Assembly: GCA_963809485.1 (NCBI GenBank)
Contig: CAWEJX010000020.1
Coordinates: 736,001 to 800,000, forward strand
Source of the DNA: an uncultured Acidobacteriota bacterium
GTDB lineage: Bacteria > Acidobacteriota > UBA6911
Length of the DNA: 64,000 bases
Direction: 5' to 3'
The notes beneath the pieces are model-generated. The model searched no databases, was not told the DNA's origin, and was given only the letters and a program-made list of their open reading frames with translations. Shown in pieces: positions 38,662 through 48,793 of the stretch; position 1 is the first letter of the stretch, and every line of letters begins with the position of its first letter. The position numbers and the translations under genes are program-made.

Positions 38662-38706
38662 GGACAGGTGTTGAAATTTCAAAATTTGAAATTTCAACAC
38701 CTGTCC
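38662..38706. repeat. perfect 22-bp inverted repeat (REP-like palindrome)
   Basis: GGACAGGTGTTGAAATTTCAAA-A-TTTGAAATTTCAACACCTGTCC. Confidence 0.9.
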
Positions 38707-39285
38707 GGGGTTTCAGTCGCCAGGGATGTGCGTCAGGAACCGTGGGCCGTCCGGGTAGTAAAGCGCGGATGTTTTAGAGGTAGTTCAGCTCAAATTCCTC
38801 GGTTGAGAGCTCGAGAGGATTTTTTTTCGAAGGGGGACTCGACAAGCCCCCTGGGGACCAACGTCCCGTAGACGCAAATTCCGTATTCGCCGAGCCCCCC
38901 AGGGTGGAGGATTTTGAAGTGGCCATCGGGGCCAAAATGGCAAAGCCCCGACAGCATCAAGCTGATTAAAAAACTCTTTATCGGAATACCGGGGAATTTG
39001 TAGAAGGGTGCAAATGCCGGTTTTTTCGGAGCGGCGCGGACGCAAGTTTCCCGCGCACCCTTAGCGAGCATCGTAAATCCGGCGATGTGAATCCCGGGAA
39101 ATCGTCCGCAGAGGATGGGCGCGGTCTGTTGGTCATTTCCAGAGCGGGTATGTCCATTAACGCAAAATCCGGGTGAAGCTCTAGCCGCGGACAATGATTC
39201 CTATCAAACGATTGCATGTGCCTCTTGTTCGCCCGTTCGAAATTCTGCGGCTGCTCATTTTGCAGATTACTGCATGTATGGCGGG

Positions 39286-40236
39286 TCATGATCCGCGCAC
39301 GCTAAAGAAGGTGTCCAGTTCTTCGACGCCTTTCCGGACGGCGTTCGCACTTGCTTCTAACTGATCCGCTTCTTCTTTTTCAAGGTCTAACTCCACAATT
39401 CGTTCGATGCCGTTTTTGCCCAAAAGTGCCGGCACCCCTATAAACAGATCATGAATTCCATACTCGCCGCGCAGATAGCAGGCGCAAGGAGCCAGCGTTT
39501 TGCGGTCGGTGATGATAGCTTCGATCATTTCCGCCACCGAAGCCGCAGGAGCGTAATAAGCGGATCCGGTTTTGAGATGGCCGACGATCTCCGCACCGCC
39601 TTTGCGCGTTCGTTCAACCATCCGGTCGATGACCGACTTGTCCAGCATCTCTGTGATCGGAATTCCCGCAACCGTCGTGAAGCGCGGGAGGGGAACCATC
39701 TGGTCGCCGTGGCCCCCCAGACCCATCGCATGAACATCGGTGAGTGCACACCCCAGTTCCTGAGCAACAAAATAGCGGAAACGCGTGGAATCGAGTATTC
39801 CTGCCATTCCCATGACACGTTGTACGGCAAAACCGGTAGTGCGAAAGGCGACGTGACACATGATATCCAGCGGATTGGACACGACGATGACCGTCGAGTT
39901 CGGCGTGTATTTTGCGATATTCTGCGCGACCGATTTGACGATCCCGGCATTGACCTTCAGCAAGTCCATCCGGTCCATACCCGGTTTGCGCGGAAATCCT
40001 GCGGTGATGACCACAACATCGCTGTCCGCGATTTCGGAAAAGTTCCCCGTCCCCTTGATCGAAACGTCATAGCGTCGCATGGGACCGGCGTGCAGGAAAT
40101 CCAGGGCCTTGGCTTGAGTCACTCCTTCGGCGACATCCACCATGACGATATCCGCAATGACTTTTTCAGCAACGTAATAGGCGGCAGTCGCCCCAACATT
40201 GCCCGCCCCAACAATACTGACCTTCCTCCTAGGCAT
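39286..40236 (-). CDS. mdh: malate dehydrogenase (LDH-like, canonical)
   Basis: GAGNVG, TAGFPRKPGMDR.DL, VSNPLD, LDSTR, GGHGD and GSAYYAP motifs. Confidence 0.95.
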   Translation of the reverse strand: MPRRKVSIVGAGNVGATAAYYVAEKVIADIVMVDVAEGVTQAKALDFLHAGPMRRYDVSIKGTGNFSEIADSDVVVITAGFPRKPGMDRMDLLKVNAGIVKSVAQNIAKYTPNSTVIVVSNPLDIMCHVAFRTTGFAVQRVMGMAGILDSTRFRYFVAQELGCALTDVHAMGLGGHGDQMVPLPRFTTVAGIPITEMLDKSVIDRMVERTRKGGAEIVGHLKTGSAYYAPAASVAEMIEAIITDRKTLAPCACYLRGEYGIHDLFIGVPALLGKNGIERIVELDLEKEEADQLEASANAVRKGVEELDTFFSVRGS

Positions 40237-41185
40237 GTTGTTCTCCTTCCGGTCCAGGCGGCGTAACATTTGCGCGCGCCAGCGAAATGCGAAGCTCCTC
40301 TGCCGCATCCAAAAAATCATTCAGTTCCTTGGAATTCATCCTGACGGAAATGATCGTCTCCGCGCCTCCTTTCCCGATTCGTGCCGGAACGCTGACCGCG
40401 ATGTTGTCCAGACCATATTCGCCCTGCAAGCGGATGGAGACCGGAAGGATCGATTTGGAGTCGCGCGCGATTGCTTCCACCAGCGCGGCCACGGCCGCAC
40501 TCGGAGCATAGTAGGATGTGGAGCTCTGAGCCATCTGAAGAATCGTGTCCCCCGCTCTGCGCACTTCCTCCAGGATTTCATCCAGTTTTTCCGACGGCAG
40601 AAGCTTATCCGCGGGGATTCCGGAGACCCTGATCGTGTCGCGGACCGCAACCATGCTGGGCCGGTGCGGCCCGAGGACCATGCCCGTAACCTCGCGAGAG
40701 GATACTCCGAGGTGGTTGCTGATGAGATATCGCAGCCTGGTAGAACTCAGCAGGCCGCCCACGCCCAGGACTCGCGCGCGATCAAATCCCAGAGTTTTTT
40801 GCGCCAGCAGCGTGATCATGTCCACAGGCTCGGCAACGTTGATGACTACCGCCTGGGGAGCCAGCCGCTTGATATCTCCGCAGACTTGAAGAATCAGCTG
40901 CGAGTTGTCTTTGTAAAGCTCGTCGCGGCTCTGGTTCGGGGCGCGCACACGCCCCGCGGCGATCACGATGATGTCGCTGCCGCGAATTCCTTCGATGCTG
41001 TTTTCACCCCTTATATCCGTGTCATAACGGCGGATAGGGCCGGCTTGCAGTATATCCAGGGCTTTCCCGACGGAGAGACCCTCTTTGATATCCACCAGAG
41101 TGACCGAGGCTGTGCGGTTTTCCGCGATAAAAAATGCGCTGTTCGCCCCGACGTTGCCGCTGCCGATAATCCCGACTCGCTTCAT
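40229..41185 (-). CDS. MDH/LDH-family paralog with degenerate active site
   Basis: GSGNVG, AGRVRAPNQSRDEL, VAEPVD, LLSSTR and GPHRP; overlaps the mdh start. Confidence 0.88.
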   Translation of the reverse strand: MKRVGIIGSGNVGANSAFFIAENRTASVTLVDIKEGLSVGKALDILQAGPIRRYDTDIRGENSIEGIRGSDIIVIAAGRVRAPNQSRDELYKDNSQLILQVCGDIKRLAPQAVVINVAEPVDMITLLAQKTLGFDRARVLGVGGLLSSTRLRYLISNHLGVSSREVTGMVLGPHRPSMVAVRDTIRVSGIPADKLLPSEKLDEILEEVRRAGDTILQMAQSSTSYYAPSAAVAALVEAIARDSKSILPVSIRLQGEYGLDNIAVSVPARIGKGGAETIISVRMNSKELNDFLDAAEELRISLARANVTPPGPEGEQHA

Positions 41186-41603
41186 CTTTTGCCCTCCGCT
41201 GCTTAATGGAAGTTTAGTAAACAATAGAATCGCATACAAGGCAGCCACCGGGAGGACTTCTGATTCCCAATCGCGCGGCGGTTTCTTGAGGAATCCGGTA
41301 TTCATGGACCACGGGCCTGCACAAGGGAAGGGGAATTTTCCGAAGAAAATGCAGGTTCCAATTCCAAGGGTGATTATTCCGGCAAAGGAGAATCCCAATT
41401 TCGCGAACCGGTTGGCGACATCAGGGATATTCGCGCCTGCATTTCCTTTCTTTTGTGGGATTGTCTCCGCATCCGGGCGGTGAGAAATCTATTCCTGAAC
41501 AGCAATAATATGATTTTTAGCAATATGGATTCATCCGCATCACCAAAATTCGTAGCACATGTTATGGGAAGCCTGCATAATTTGAATAAGGAAAGGAGGA
41601 TTC

Positions 41604-43943
41604 ATGTACAGAAGAAACGAGGTCCTTGAATATCATGGCTCCGAGCCGAAAGGCAAGATCGAGATTTCGGCCGCCAAACCGCTTATTACTCCCAGAGACC
41701 TGAGTATGGCCTACTTTCCAGGTGTTGCTGAGATTTCCCACATTGTTGCGGAAAAGCCGGACGCTGTCTACGACTATTCCTCCAAGGAAAACCTGATTGC
41801 CGTTGTCACCAATGGCTCTCGCGTGATCGGCCTCGGGAATATCGGCGCACTCGCCGCCAAGGCAGTGATGGAAGGAAAATCTCTTTTGTTCAAACGCTTC
41901 GCGAATATAAACGCGATTGACCTCGAGGTAAATACTCAGGATCCGCAGGAATTTGTGAACGTTGTTGCCAATCTTGAGCCGACTTTCGGAGGCATCAGCC
42001 TGGAGGCGATCCGCTCGCCCGATTGTTTCTACATCGAGCAGGAACTGGCCAGGCGCATGTCGATACCGGTTTTCCATGATGACCAATATGGAACCGCGGT
42101 CATTGTCTGCGCAGCTTTGATCAATGCCCTCATTCTTCAAAAAAAGGCGATCGAGGACCTCAGAATCGTGATCTCCGGAGCCGGCGCAAGCGGCCTGGCA
42201 ACGGCAAGACTGCTGCTGGCTCTGGGCGCGAGGAGGGAAGAGATCTTGATGGCCGATTCAGCGGGAGTTCTGTATGAGGGCCGTCGCGAGAACATGAATC
42301 CGTACAAGGAGCAGTTCTCAGTCAAAACAGACCGCCGGACGCTCGCCGAGGCGCTGAAGGGAAGCGACTGCTTTATCGGATGCTCTGTGGGAGGGGTCGT
42401 CTCGAGAAACATGCTTATCGACATGCGTGAGAGACCCGTTATTTTTTCTCTGGCAGGGCCCGATCCCGAAATATCCTATTCCCTGGCAAAGGAAGTACGC
42501 CCCGACGCAATTGTCGGAACGCGGCACGCGGAATGGCCGAACGAATTTACCAATGTACTTTGCTCTCCGTACGTTCTTCGGGGCGCGCTGGACACGCGAT
42601 GCAAAGCCATCCACCCGGGGCTTTTGCTTGCCGCTGCCGCGGAACTCGCCGCAATCGCGCGCGAAGGAGGGCCGCCTGACGTTGTACACGGCGCCCTTCG
42701 GGAAAATTACCAGTTTGGGCCTGAATACATCATTCCAAAACCATTTGACACGAGGCTTGCAGAGCGGATTTCAGAGGCTGTGGCGAAAGCCGCTGTGGAA
42801 TCGCAAGTTGCGCGGGTTCGCCTGGATTTCCCGAAATACCGCACCCGATTAGGCAATTTCTTCGGCAAGTCCAACACGGTGATGCAGCAATTTATTACGC
42901 AGGCGCAGAAAAAAGTCATGCGCATTGCATTTCCGGAAGGAGAGACGCAAACGATCCTTCGTGCCTGCCAGGCAATCGTAGACAATGGGATCGCGCAGCC
43001 TGTGTTGCTCGGCTCGCCGCAGAAGATAAGGAATTTGATCAAACAGCACAATCTGGATCTTCTCGAAAAAGTGGAAATCATCGATCCGTCGGATCCGCCC
43101 AGCTTCGAAATCTACTGCCGGGAAATTTACGAGCTGAGAAAGCGTAAGGGGCTGACACTCCAGGATACGCGGGATTTTCTGAGGAATCTCAACTGCCTTG
43201 GGATGGCAATGCTCCGCCATGGCGACGTCGATGGCGTTATATCGGGCCAGACGACGCACTATCCCGAAACCATTCGCCCTGCACTCACTCTTATAGGGAT
43301 TCGGGAAGGCGTAAGGCTGGCGACGAGCATGTATATGGTCATCCTGAAAAACAAGGCGAAGTTTTTCGCGGACACAACTATCAACATCACTCCAGACGCT
43401 GAAGACATCGCTGAGATCGCGATCGTGACCGCGGACGCAGTTCGCAGATTGGGCGTCATCCCCAGAATCGCGCTTCTCAGCTTTTCAAATTTTGGATCCT
43501 CGAAGCATCCGCTTGCCGCAAGGGTGGCCAGGGCAGCCGATATCGTGAAGAAGCGCCGGCCGGATCTTGAAGCAGACGGCGAGATTCAGGCGGACGTGGC
43601 GCTAGATGCGGATCAGATCCGGGAACTTTATCCTTTTTGCCGGCTGACGCGCGAGGCGAATACGCTGATTTTCCCCGATCTCGGCTCAGCCAATATCGCC
43701 TACAAACTCATGGGGCGAATCGGTTCCGCTACCATTGTCGGCCCCATCCTGCTGGGCTTGCGGAAACCGGTCGGCGTTCTGCAACGATCGTGCTCCGTGG
43801 AATCCGTCGTGAACAATACCGCCGTCGTCTGCGTGAAAGCGCAGGGGCTGTTCGAACGGGAGGCGGAACCGGAAAAGGAATTTCACCTGACCGATTCCCC
43901 TGACCGAACCCCCGTGATCCGGAGTCCCGAGCCCGCGCTATGA
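41604..43943 (+). CDS. maeB: MaeB-type malic enzyme / phosphotransacetylase-domain fusion with several active-site substitutions
   Basis: GLGNIG, MEGK..LFK.FA, FHDDQ.GTA and GAGA motifs; PTA domain FPEGE, LSFSNFGS, DGE.QAD and NIAYKL. Confidence 0.9.
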   Translation: MYRRNEVLEYHGSEPKGKIEISAAKPLITPRDLSMAYFPGVAEISHIVAEKPDAVYDYSSKENLIAVVTNGSRVIGLGNIGALAAKAVMEGKSLLFKRFANINAIDLEVNTQDPQEFVNVVANLEPTFGGISLEAIRSPDCFYIEQELARRMSIPVFHDDQYGTAVIVCAALINALILQKKAIEDLRIVISGAGASGLATARLLLALGARREEILMADSAGVLYEGRRENMNPYKEQFSVKTDRRTLAEALKGSDCFIGCSVGGVVSRNMLIDMRERPVIFSLAGPDPEISYSLAKEVRPDAIVGTRHAEWPNEFTNVLCSPYVLRGALDTRCKAIHPGLLLAAAAELAAIAREGGPPDVVHGALRENYQFGPEYIIPKPFDTRLAERISEAVAKAAVESQVARVRLDFPKYRTRLGNFFGKSNTVMQQFITQAQKKVMRIAFPEGETQTILRACQAIVDNGIAQPVLLGSPQKIRNLIKQHNLDLLEKVEIIDPSDPPSFEIYCREIYELRKRKGLTLQDTRDFLRNLNCLGMAMLRHGDVDGVISGQTTHYPETIRPALTLIGIREGVRLATSMYMVILKNKAKFFADTTINITPDAEDIAEIAIVTADAVRRLGVIPRIALLSFSNFGSSKHPLAARVARAADIVKKRRPDLEADGEIQADVALDADQIRELYPFCRLTREANTLIFPDLGSANIAYKLMGRIGSATIVGPILLGLRKPVGVLQRSCSVESVVNNTAVVCVKAQGLFEREAEPEKEFHLTDSPDRTPVIRSPEPAL

Positions 43944-43977
43944 TGTCAAGGCCGGATTTTTGCCATATGAGGTACCT

Positions 43978-44997
43978 ATGAATACAGCTTTAAACGAGGG
44001 CACAAGCCAAAAGCAAAATGCATCCAGGGTTTCGGTCGAGGAGTTCATGAGATCCTTCGAGCTCTATGAATATCCAGTTCTCGATCCCAATAGCAGCTAC
44101 CGTGAAGTGTTCAGACGGCTGTGGGAGACCATCCGCAACATTGGCCAGATCGTGAAGGACCGGAAGCCCGAACAGTTGGTAGCGATCGGGCTCAGGGGCA
44201 GTTACTCGCACGGCCATCCCTATGAAGGCAACGATGTGGACCTGCTCTTTACCGTGGACGGCTACACTGAGGAACTGGAGGACATCCTATTAACTGTTTC
44301 CGCTGAAGAGCTTGCAAAAAACGGTTTCAAGTTGTGCAATGGAAAGGAAGTGGACGGCTCCCATCTCTTCCCGGTGCGCTTCCTCGATCTGCGCAAAATA
44401 GAGGAAATACTTAACTGCTATATGTATGGACTGGACAAACTGCTCTATCAGGATGCTTTCAGCGACGCAACAATGCTGCATATGGGCGGGCAGGATCCGT
44501 TGGTGGAAAAAAAGAAAACTCTCTTGCACAGCGGGATCCTAATCCCATACCTCCTTTGGGCATATGGATTAGAAAATGTCGGGAGGGTTTTTTATCAAAT
44601 CAATCGTCATCTACCGGTTCCGACGCGTCCGACCCGGTATCCGGCTGATACGATCAACGAAACCAAAGAGACGCTTAAACAAACCTATATTGCCAGGACC
44701 TTGACAGGAAGGCCGATTCATCTGGGCATGGCCACGGGATATCCTATCCCCGAGCTGGACGAAAGTGACTTTGGCTCGGAACCGCATAGGGAAGCCGAGG
44801 AATTGTTTTGGGCCCTCATGCCTTTGCGCGAGATTTACCTTGAAGCCATCCGAAAGCATATAATCCAGGCCAAGCTGGAGAACGAAGTCCTGGGCAGAAG
44901 GCTCTCCCCATCCAGGATTTTGACTTTTGCACCGTCTTACGACGGCCTCGTGCGCCGCAGATTGCGAGCTCAGTGGGGCAAGTGGGAAAACTGGTAA
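43978..44997 (+). CDS. nucleotidyltransferase-fold protein (Pol-beta superfamily)
   Basis: IGLRGSYSHGHPYEGNDVDLLF = hGS-x9-DhD motif; GAGG RBS; 34 bp after maeB. Confidence 0.7.
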   Translation: MNTALNEGTSQKQNASRVSVEEFMRSFELYEYPVLDPNSSYREVFRRLWETIRNIGQIVKDRKPEQLVAIGLRGSYSHGHPYEGNDVDLLFTVDGYTEELEDILLTVSAEELAKNGFKLCNGKEVDGSHLFPVRFLDLRKIEEILNCYMYGLDKLLYQDAFSDATMLHMGGQDPLVEKKKTLLHSGILIPYLLWAYGLENVGRVFYQINRHLPVPTRPTRYPADTINETKETLKQTYIARTLTGRPIHLGMATGYPIPELDESDFGSEPHREAEELFWALMPLREIYLEAIRKHIIQAKLENEVLGRRLSPSRILTFAPSYDGLVRRRLRAQWGKWENW

Positions 44998-45094
44998 ACC
45001 TCTCAGATCTGATTGCGCGGAAGATTTTTGGGCATCCTGGGAGCCTGTCCGAGAAGAAAATATCATCCCGACATTGCCAACGGCTCGAGGCGCC

Positions 45095-45239
45095 TGGCCT
45101 CGGCGATCCAGCCACCATACCAGGACGACATCAATCTCACGGCTGCGCGCCTCGGTGAGAAGTTTTTCCCGGCATGCGCGCTGGGAAGAGCCCGAGTCGA
45201 TGAATTTCACCTGGGTAACGACCTGCCAGCCCCGGCGCG
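45095..45239 (-). pseudogene. serine recombinase/resolvase fragment
   Basis: RRGWQVVTQVKFIDSGSSQRACREKLLTEARSREIDVVLVWWLDRRG (decayed LDR.GR motif). Confidence 0.7.
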
Positions 45240-45242
45240 TGG

Positions 45243-45385
45243 GTACGATTCCCGAAGCGAACAGTCCCGTCCGCTCATCGGGGCTCAGCTGCGCGCGGTG
45301 CGCCGCCGCCAGCGCCAGGACCTTCATGCTCGTGTCGTCGTTATAAAAAACCTCTCCCTGTGCCGCCTGGCGGATCAGTTCGTCG
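45243..45385 (-). pseudogene. IS66-family transposase fragment
   Basis: ELIRQAAQGEVFYNDDTSMKVL...ERTGLFASGIV (manual translation). Confidence 0.6.
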
Positions 45386-45535
45386 AAAGCTGGACGTATC
45401 CCCCTGCGGTTTCAGCGACAATCCACCACTGCCACGGGAGTACCTGCATTTGACGTACAACACCGCCGGAAGATCGCGAACAATCGGTTCCCAATTGTCT
45501 TCCTGAAAAGCCGGGGCTGGTTGCGCCTGGTCCTC

Positions 45536-45925
45536 CTAATAGACAGGCATATCCATGCCCTGATGTTCATGAACTCTGCCGGCGATCTGGACTTCAATCT
45601 CCGCCATACCTGGAATCATCATTTTTGACAGGTAATATTGATCTCCGACCTTGCGGAATCCAACAGTGGCATCTTTCAGCCGTGTTTGCGAACTCGCAGC
45701 GGAGCTGATCTGTGCCATCGCTATTGCCGACATTTTATTCATGCCGACCACTGCAATGCTTCTGCCATCGTTTGACCTGATGAAACGGTATTCCCCGGCC
45801 GGCAGCTGTTTGCCGGAAACGGTAAAGGCAAACGGTACGTCTGCCCGTATTCTCTTTTGCGCGAAGGCGGCAGATGCCGACAACAATGTCACAAGGCAAA
45901 GCGACACGAGAACTTTCATTCTCAT
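45536..45925 (-). CDS. small secreted beta-rich protein (Acidobacteria-type)
   Basis: Signal peptide ending AFA; ADVPFAFTVSGKQLPAGEY and F.KVGDQYYLS. Confidence 0.8.
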   Translation of the reverse strand: MRMKVLVSLCLVTLLSASAAFAQKRIRADVPFAFTVSGKQLPAGEYRFIRSNDGRSIAVVGMNKMSAIAMAQISSAASSQTRLKDATVGFRKVGDQYYLSKMMIPGMAEIEVQIAGRVHEHQGMDMPVY

Positions 45926-46385
45926 TTTAGGCCTCCTCTCCTCATCGATTCATATTCCCTTCCGTTTTTCCAAAATCCACACTGGTCACAAATTTAAATA
46001 TAGTATTTTGAAATGAAATTTCAATATTGATCTATACAATTGCTCCCTTAAGAAAATAGACAGGAAAGGTTGGGTTATCAGAATGGAAGGCCGAGGTGCG
46101 GGTCGCCATAAACCCATAACGCCATAGATTCAATTACTTAACGGCTATCATTGGATCCTTGGCTGTGTTGCGGAAACCGTTCGAAGGATTTAAAAGAAGT
46201 GGCGGAGAGGGGGGAGATTCGGCTGGAGCCGATTGGGCGAATCTGTTGGTGGGCATCGACTTATCGATAATATTCATTGTTCGCAATTAGTTGCGCCGTT
46301 TTCCCATAGTTTCCAGGAGTTTCCGCAGTTTCTCCTAAAGCCTCTATTTCCACGAGAAATGGTATCACTGGTATCACCGCTCAGG

Positions 46386-46553
46386 AGCTTATGGGTCGTT
46401 CAAGCGCGTTTTTTGCCTTTTGTCGTCCGGGCCTCTGATAAAGAGTGATATGTAAACTGAATAAAACTCCAGAAACTCAATTTGCATATCAGGCAAAAAT
46501 CATTTTATGCGTGAAAGAGTCGGGAAGGAAACAGAAATAGGAGATTCGCCTTA
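46386..46553 (+). repeat. direct repeat A (about 165 bp)
   Basis: Matches 49816-50076, which has an extra ~90-bp insert. Confidence 0.85.
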
Positions 46554-46555
46554 AG

Positions 46556-46626
46556 AAGACTTCCCCCATGCCCCCCTTGCCCAACCGGTCGGTGACTTCG
46601 TAATGGGCGAGTGTTTTCCCGATCAT
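46556..46626 (-). pseudogene. truncated Ser/Thr protein kinase (N-terminus only)
   Basis: MIGKTLAHYEVTDRLGKGGMGEV with GGAGG RBS, cut at direct repeat A. Confidence 0.8.
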
Positions 46627-47031
46627 GCTCCCACCTCCCTCTCAAGCGCTCGAAATGAGTGTTCGAGGACGCCTTAAGCCCAAGTGATCTAAGCGAAAAA
46701 CCGGACGCTAGGGAGCGGGCGTCCGCTCCCCATCCAAGGCAGGCAACGAATGAGGATAGGCTAATGATCGGCCCGCGATGTGGGGGTTGCAAGCAAAATG
46801 TCGATGCCTTGATATGATCAAAAAAGTTAGGCATCCCAGGAACCAGCTATTGGGGCACACTTCCATCTTCCGGTCCGAAAAGTCCCTGAGTGAGAAATAA
46901 CTTGCTTGCCCATATCCAATGCCGCAAGGTGAAGAGGCGATAGCCCAGGATGGCAGGCCGAGCTACTTTGAGATTCTATTGGCCCCCTTGGCAGATAAAT
47001 GGTCGCAGAAAAGCGCATCCCGCCGATCCGG

Positions 47032-47523
47032 TTATTGGCGTTCAAATACCACGACGTTGTTGATCCGTTGACCTTGAGCGTTCGTACCTTTGCTTGTGAA
47101 CGTCATGGTCTTTCCGTCTTTGGAAATCGTTGCGGTATATGAAATAGCGGTCGCCTTCCCATCTGCCTTCAGAATCACCTCTTCCGTGTATGCATTGACA
47201 AGCCTCACCGAAAGCGATTGTGGTACTTTTGCTCCCAGCACAAAATGTGGGTAATCTTTTCCGTCACGCTTGAACGCATCTTGCTCGAACGTCCGATTCC
47301 CCTGGGCGTCAATCCCCTCGCTAGTCCGAAGTATCACTCCGCCTCCCCGATCTTCGAATGTCCACGTAGAACTCCTCGGCGCCGGACCGGGATCGAACTT
47401 CGACTTGGCCGGGTTTGCCTTCCATGTCCCGAAAAAGGGATCAGCGGTTTGCGACAAGGTGAACAGCGACGTGACGACTACAAAAAGCAAGCTCAACATC
47501 AGGCACCTCACAATCCTTCCCAT
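47032..47523 (-). CDS. secreted lipocalin-like beta-barrel protein
   Basis: Signal peptide; DPFFGTWKANPAKS, DGKDY and S.DGKTMT motifs; AGGAG RBS. Confidence 0.8.
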   Translation of the reverse strand: MGRIVRCLMLSLLFVVVTSLFTLSQTADPFFGTWKANPAKSKFDPGPAPRSSTWTFEDRGGGVILRTSEGIDAQGNRTFEQDAFKRDGKDYPHFVLGAKVPQSLSVRLVNAYTEEVILKADGKATAISYTATISKDGKTMTFTSKGTNAQGQRINNVVVFERQ

Positions 47524-48223
47524 CTTAGTTCTCCTTTCCTAAGCGAAAGTGCTAGGCCGGCCCGCGGTTTGTCGGCCTAGTGACCGGCAATTGATCTTCT
47601 GGCGGTGCCGCTGCTTTCTTGGATCGAGGCTTGGCTAGCCTCCTTAAGCAATAGCCGCGCTTGGTTTGCCTAATGGCGCGGAAAGCGGAACATGGGAAAG
47701 GAACTGGGGCAATATGGAGTCGCTGCTTGTTCTGGTTACTGTATGTGTAATGCAATATTCTTATCGCAAACTCAAGCTACAGTCAACAATTAGCAGGTGT
47801 CAGTCCACATTTTTGAGTGCCGCAATCACCCGACAGCAGTCCTGCAGCAATTTCTGGAGATAACGTCGCTCCTCGAGGGCAACTTTGAATACCTGCCGTG
47901 CTTTGTCACGGCCTTCCGGATCCACCCAATTCCTTCCTGGTTCTTCGGTCCAGTCGAAATGAAATGATAGGCAATTGCTTTTGCACCCAGGTTGACCGAC
48001 TGCTTCTCTCTCTGCGGCCGTAGCGATAGCATTAAATCGGGGTGGCGACACACGATTGCTGCACATTTTCATACTATTATTTCTTAATAGGCCCTGTGAT
48101 CGTTAAATCTATTTTGAACAAGAGGATTTTCTGTTACAAAAATTATGCAAATAATATAAGAGGGATCTGAAATAACCATAGGAGATAGATGGTGTAAATG
48201 GATAAGAAAGCAAGGATTCAGCC

Positions 48224-48520
48224 ATGAGAGAATCGTTCACCAGACGAAATACCTTGGGATTAGGGCTTGGGTCGGCAATTTTGGGAGCATGCAGCCGGGT
48301 AGCGACCAGTGCTGGAACGCCTACGGTAATCTGCAAGCTTGAAGGGAATCGTGTGCCTGCTTTGAAGCAGTTAAATAATTATGGCGATGAAATGGAAAGC
48401 CTGCTCCTTCTGCGTAGCTCCCCGATAGCAGTAAAGATGCTGAAATCGGAAGCAGATATTCCACAGCCAGATTTATATAAAAAGAGGTTCGAAGCCTGGG
48501 GGATGGAACATAGCAAATGA
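48224..48520 (+). pseudogene. internally deleted DUF169-like gene with Tat-like leader
   Basis: TRRNTLG leader; E...LL.LRSSPIAVKML resembles a DUF169 N-terminus, then jumps to a C-terminal-like PDLYKK.FEAWG. Confidence 0.45.
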
Positions 48521-48793
48521 GCCACACGGCTGAGCTCGCTAAGGCCAATCCATTCCACTATTAACCGAGCTGCAGAAGAATGCCGCGGAAGTGAAGTAAG
48601 GAGCCGTTCCATGTGCTCCGCAAAAAATACTGCAGGTGCCAATTGCCGACCCCTGAAGCTTCATGCAGCGGTTTTAACGATTTGATATTCATGATGTAAC
48701 CTGCCCAAGACAGGTTTGGATGCACAAAAAACAATCACGCTGGCCCGGCTTTTACAGATGGACAAGAAATTGCCTGTTCGTTAGGAAAGGATC

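Noticed and set aside
47552-48072. Short ORFs inside the islet
   Set aside because: No recognisable motifs or convincing RBS; cannot be supported
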